Of a stretch of 64,000 bases of DNA, positions 61,788 to 64,000 are shown in pieces. The DNA is from an uncultured archaeon. Lineage in GTDB: Archaea; Thermoproteota; Nitrososphaeria; Nitrososphaerales; Gagatemarchaeaceae. The stretch lies in NCBI GenBank assembly GCA_963799775.1, contig CAWCYD010000003.1, positions 1,280,001 to 1,344,000 on the forward strand, in the 5' to 3' direction. Made by a program: the position numbers and the translations under genes. Position 1 is the stretch's first letter; the number at the start of each line of letters is the position of its first letter. The notes below the pieces were generated by a model. It was not told the DNA's origin. It did not search any database and saw only the letters and a program-made list of their open reading frames with translations.

Positions 61788-62039
61788 GTGGCGATGACGT
61801 TCAAGGCGTACTTGGACAACATCCAAGCAAAGACAGGCAAGTCGCCCGAGGAGTTCCTCGCGCTTGCGAAGAAGAAGGGATTCATCGAGAAGGGCAAGAT
61901 AGTCGCCAAGCACGCCGAGCTCCTCTCATGGCTGAAGACCGAGATGAAGCTGGGCCACGGGCATGCGAATGCAATGATCCTCTACTTCCGCATCCAGACG
62001 AAAGACCCCAGGCTGAAGGATATGAAGCTGCCAAAGTGA
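61788..62039 (+). CDS. DUF4287 family protein
   Basis: FKAYLDNI..KTGKS...WLK.E..LGHGHANA. Confidence 0.9.
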   Translation: MAMTFKAYLDNIQAKTGKSPEEFLALAKKKGFIEKGKIVAKHAELLSWLKTEMKLGHGHANAMILYFRIQTKDPRLKDMKLPK

Positions 62040-62105
62040 AGGATTCAAGTGGGCCGGAAGGGATGCAATTAATTATTTAAGAGAATCCTCAGGCTTGCCG
62101 TGTTG

Positions 62106-62924
62106 CTAGCAGGGAGCGCTAACATCAGGAGAATGGTAGCAAATTGGTACGACACTGCCAAACGTGCCGAAATGGTCGACCATGTTGCTTCCCTCGGCAG
62201 TGAGAGTGCTTGTCGTCCCCGAATAGTATCCCACATTCTGATTGAATAGCTCTCCAGTCACCTGGGTATGCTTGAAAGTTGAGTTAGACCCTCCTCCCCA
62301 ACCAACTCCAACACTCTCAGAGAGCGTGTACTTGTTTCCGGTGAAGTAAGTTGCTCCAGGTGTCTCATAGTATGATTTCGAGGAACTGCACGTTGAGAGG
62401 TTCAGTACGAAGTACTGGAAGGTATACCCTGACTCGGTGAACTGTGTATTGCACGAAGTCACACCCCAGCCAATTGAACTAGAACCCGCATTAATCGCCA
62501 ACACAAACACATTGTTTGTGTTATTGAAGTACGAGTTGCTCCATGTAGGTGAGTAAGTTGTTCCTACCCCATAGTAGTTGCAAGATGTGTTGTTGCAACC
62601 AATAAAGTCATTCCAATAGACCGTATGGTAATCAGAGTACATGATTGCCTGATTGAAGTCTCCTTGAGTTGTTGGGGAGGTATTCGTATTGAGTTGATAA
62701 GTAAAACATTGAGACAGGGTTGTATTTCCACAGTTGTTCCCACTGTCTGTGATGTAACCGGTCTCATCAAAGTAGAACCACGTGACTACTCCGTACATGC
62801 TTATGGACGTTGATATGGCGCTGTGGTAATTGTAAGCGTAGACTGCCGGGAGAGAGGTGAAAGAAGTGACGACAAGCAATGCGGCGATTCTTATCGACAG
62901 CCGATTCGGGGAGTGTATTTTCAC
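62106..62924 (-). CDS. Secreted Cys/Tyr/Asn-rich protein, divergent thermopsin-like
   Basis: Signal peptide; YQLNTN, ES.GVG.GGG and TAE.SN motifs; AT-rich codon usage. Confidence 0.6.
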   Translation of the reverse strand: MKIHSPNRLSIRIAALLVVTSFTSLPAVYAYNYHSAISTSISMYGVVTWFYFDETGYITDSGNNCGNTTLSQCFTYQLNTNTSPTTQGDFNQAIMYSDYHTVYWNDFIGCNNTSCNYYGVGTTYSPTWSNSYFNNTNNVFVLAINAGSSSIGWGVTSCNTQFTESGYTFQYFVLNLSTCSSSKSYYETPGATYFTGNKYTLSESVGVGWGGGSNSTFKHTQVTGELFNQNVGYYSGTTSTLTAEGSNMVDHFGTFGSVVPICYHSPDVSAPC

Positions 62925-62925
62925 T

Positions 62926-63693
62926 TTATGCAGACCTCGGTATTGTCAAGTTTATCACAGATGCACCGATTACACCAACATAAGCAGCGTGATATGGAAA
63001 AAGCGGACCAAGCGGATGAACAAGACCGGCATTGGGAAAATCAGACGCCTGAATTCCTGATGCTGTGTATCCAACCGAAATTAGTAGGCCGGGAGCAGGA
63101 CCGAAGTCGCTGTAGAAACCTGTAGAATTGCTCAAAGGCGTTATAATGTATAGAACAGTGAACGAGGTTAACCCGAGAGTGGGATCGATAGAGTTTGGCT
63201 GAAGGATTGCATTAAACGAACCGGAATATGACTTCGCGCTGTAGGCCGTGACTGACGTTCCTGGAGTACTGGAAATACTGGTTGTGCTGTTAACCGTCCC
63301 CGAATTCGTGGGGAACTCAGTTCCGATCCTAGTGGTCACCGGAACATCGTTGAGCACTTGAAAAGGAATGGCCAACTTCCCGTCACTGAAGTAATTTGTC
63401 TTGAAGTTTGCGAAGTTTGCGGAGCTGTTCCAGTTTGTCTGATAAGTCACGCAGACTTCTACGGTGTGGCCAGGCTGCAACAGTAAAACCTGCTTGTTCG
63501 GTGGAGGCGAGGTGAAGACGTAATCTGTAACAGGGCTCGCAGAAGCACAAGCAGGAGGCGATGATTCAGCAGATACACCAGCCTGATTCATAGTCGATTG
63601 GGCAGAGAAATAGTATGAAGAAATGCCGGCCGCGGCGAGAACCAGAATGATGGGAATTAGCGTGATTCTGTTTATTCCGGTTCTGGACGCCAT
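62926..63693 (-). CDS. Membrane-anchored/secreted beta-rich protein
   Basis: N-terminal TM, two Cys; AT-rich; stop 1 nt before the next start. Confidence 0.7.
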   Translation of the reverse strand: MASRTGINRITLIPIILVLAAAGISSYYFSAQSTMNQAGVSAESSPPACASASPVTDYVFTSPPPNKQVLLLQPGHTVEVCVTYQTNWNSSANFANFKTNYFSDGKLAIPFQVLNDVPVTTRIGTEFPTNSGTVNSTTSISSTPGTSVTAYSAKSYSGSFNAILQPNSIDPTLGLTSFTVLYIITPLSNSTGFYSDFGPAPGLLISVGYTASGIQASDFPNAGLVHPLGPLFPYHAAYVGVIGASVINLTIPRSA

Positions 63694-63851
63694 TGTAGCG
63701 AGACTTAAAGCATCAGCCGCTTATTAAACGTTGCCGGAATCGTAATCTGAATGATACATTTCCGCTTCTTTGGACTGTAATGGCTTGCACTCCGTATACC
63801 TCACTTTGGGGTATGCCTGAAGAATAGCTTCTTTTCGTCAAATAGACTGAT

Positions 63852-64000
63852 TCTCTCCTCTTTTCTCCCCCTCACCTCGCTAGCCCATAGCAGCCGACAC
63901 CCCCGAGCGAGCAACGCGAGCGAGGGCCCCGCTTCAAGGCGGGGTGAAGGCGAAGGGCGAGCGGAGGAGCAAAGAGGGGGGAGGGAGCGAACGAAAGTGA
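63852..64000. other. Strongly structured non-coding segment (element end, origin or ncRNA), truncated by the window edge
   Basis: 63852-63868 pairs with 63966-63982 (16/17, 2 GU); inner hairpin CCCCGC-ttcaag-GCGGGG; repeated GAGCGA. Confidence 0.5.

Overview
GC-rich archaeal chromosomal segment. Archaeal markers: uS10, archaeal-type PEP carboxylase, CDC48, PAC2 proteasome chaperone, thermopsin, TRASH-domain CopR, and many TTG/GTG starts just downstream of TATA-like boxes. A non-ammonia-oxidising Nitrososphaerota-like acid-soil lineage is my inference, not proven. About two dozen genes are split by single-base indels, mostly insertions, which looks like long-read assembly error rather than real pseudogenes. 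Recognisable modules: classical menaquinone cluster (menF-D-H-B-E-A with divergent menC), ppcA-aguB-aguA, a copA/copR/YHS copper locus with two copies of a palindromic operator, Tat-DUF1800/DUF1501/cupredoxin, a LigD-PE/ferritin/CsbD-like stress patch, and PAC2-Hsp20. No rRNA, tRNA or CRISPR array was seen. The most novel candidates lie at the window ends. (i) An AT-richer locus encodes a secreted halocin-C8-like precursor plus a small membrane (immunity?) protein. (ii) Two paralogous Cys-rich metallothionein/RiPP-like peptides flank it, one missed by the ORF track. (iii) A metallophosphoesterase converges on a nucleotidyltransferase. (iv) An AT-rich secreted pair includes a divergent thermopsin-like protein next to a strongly structured, element-end-like sequence.
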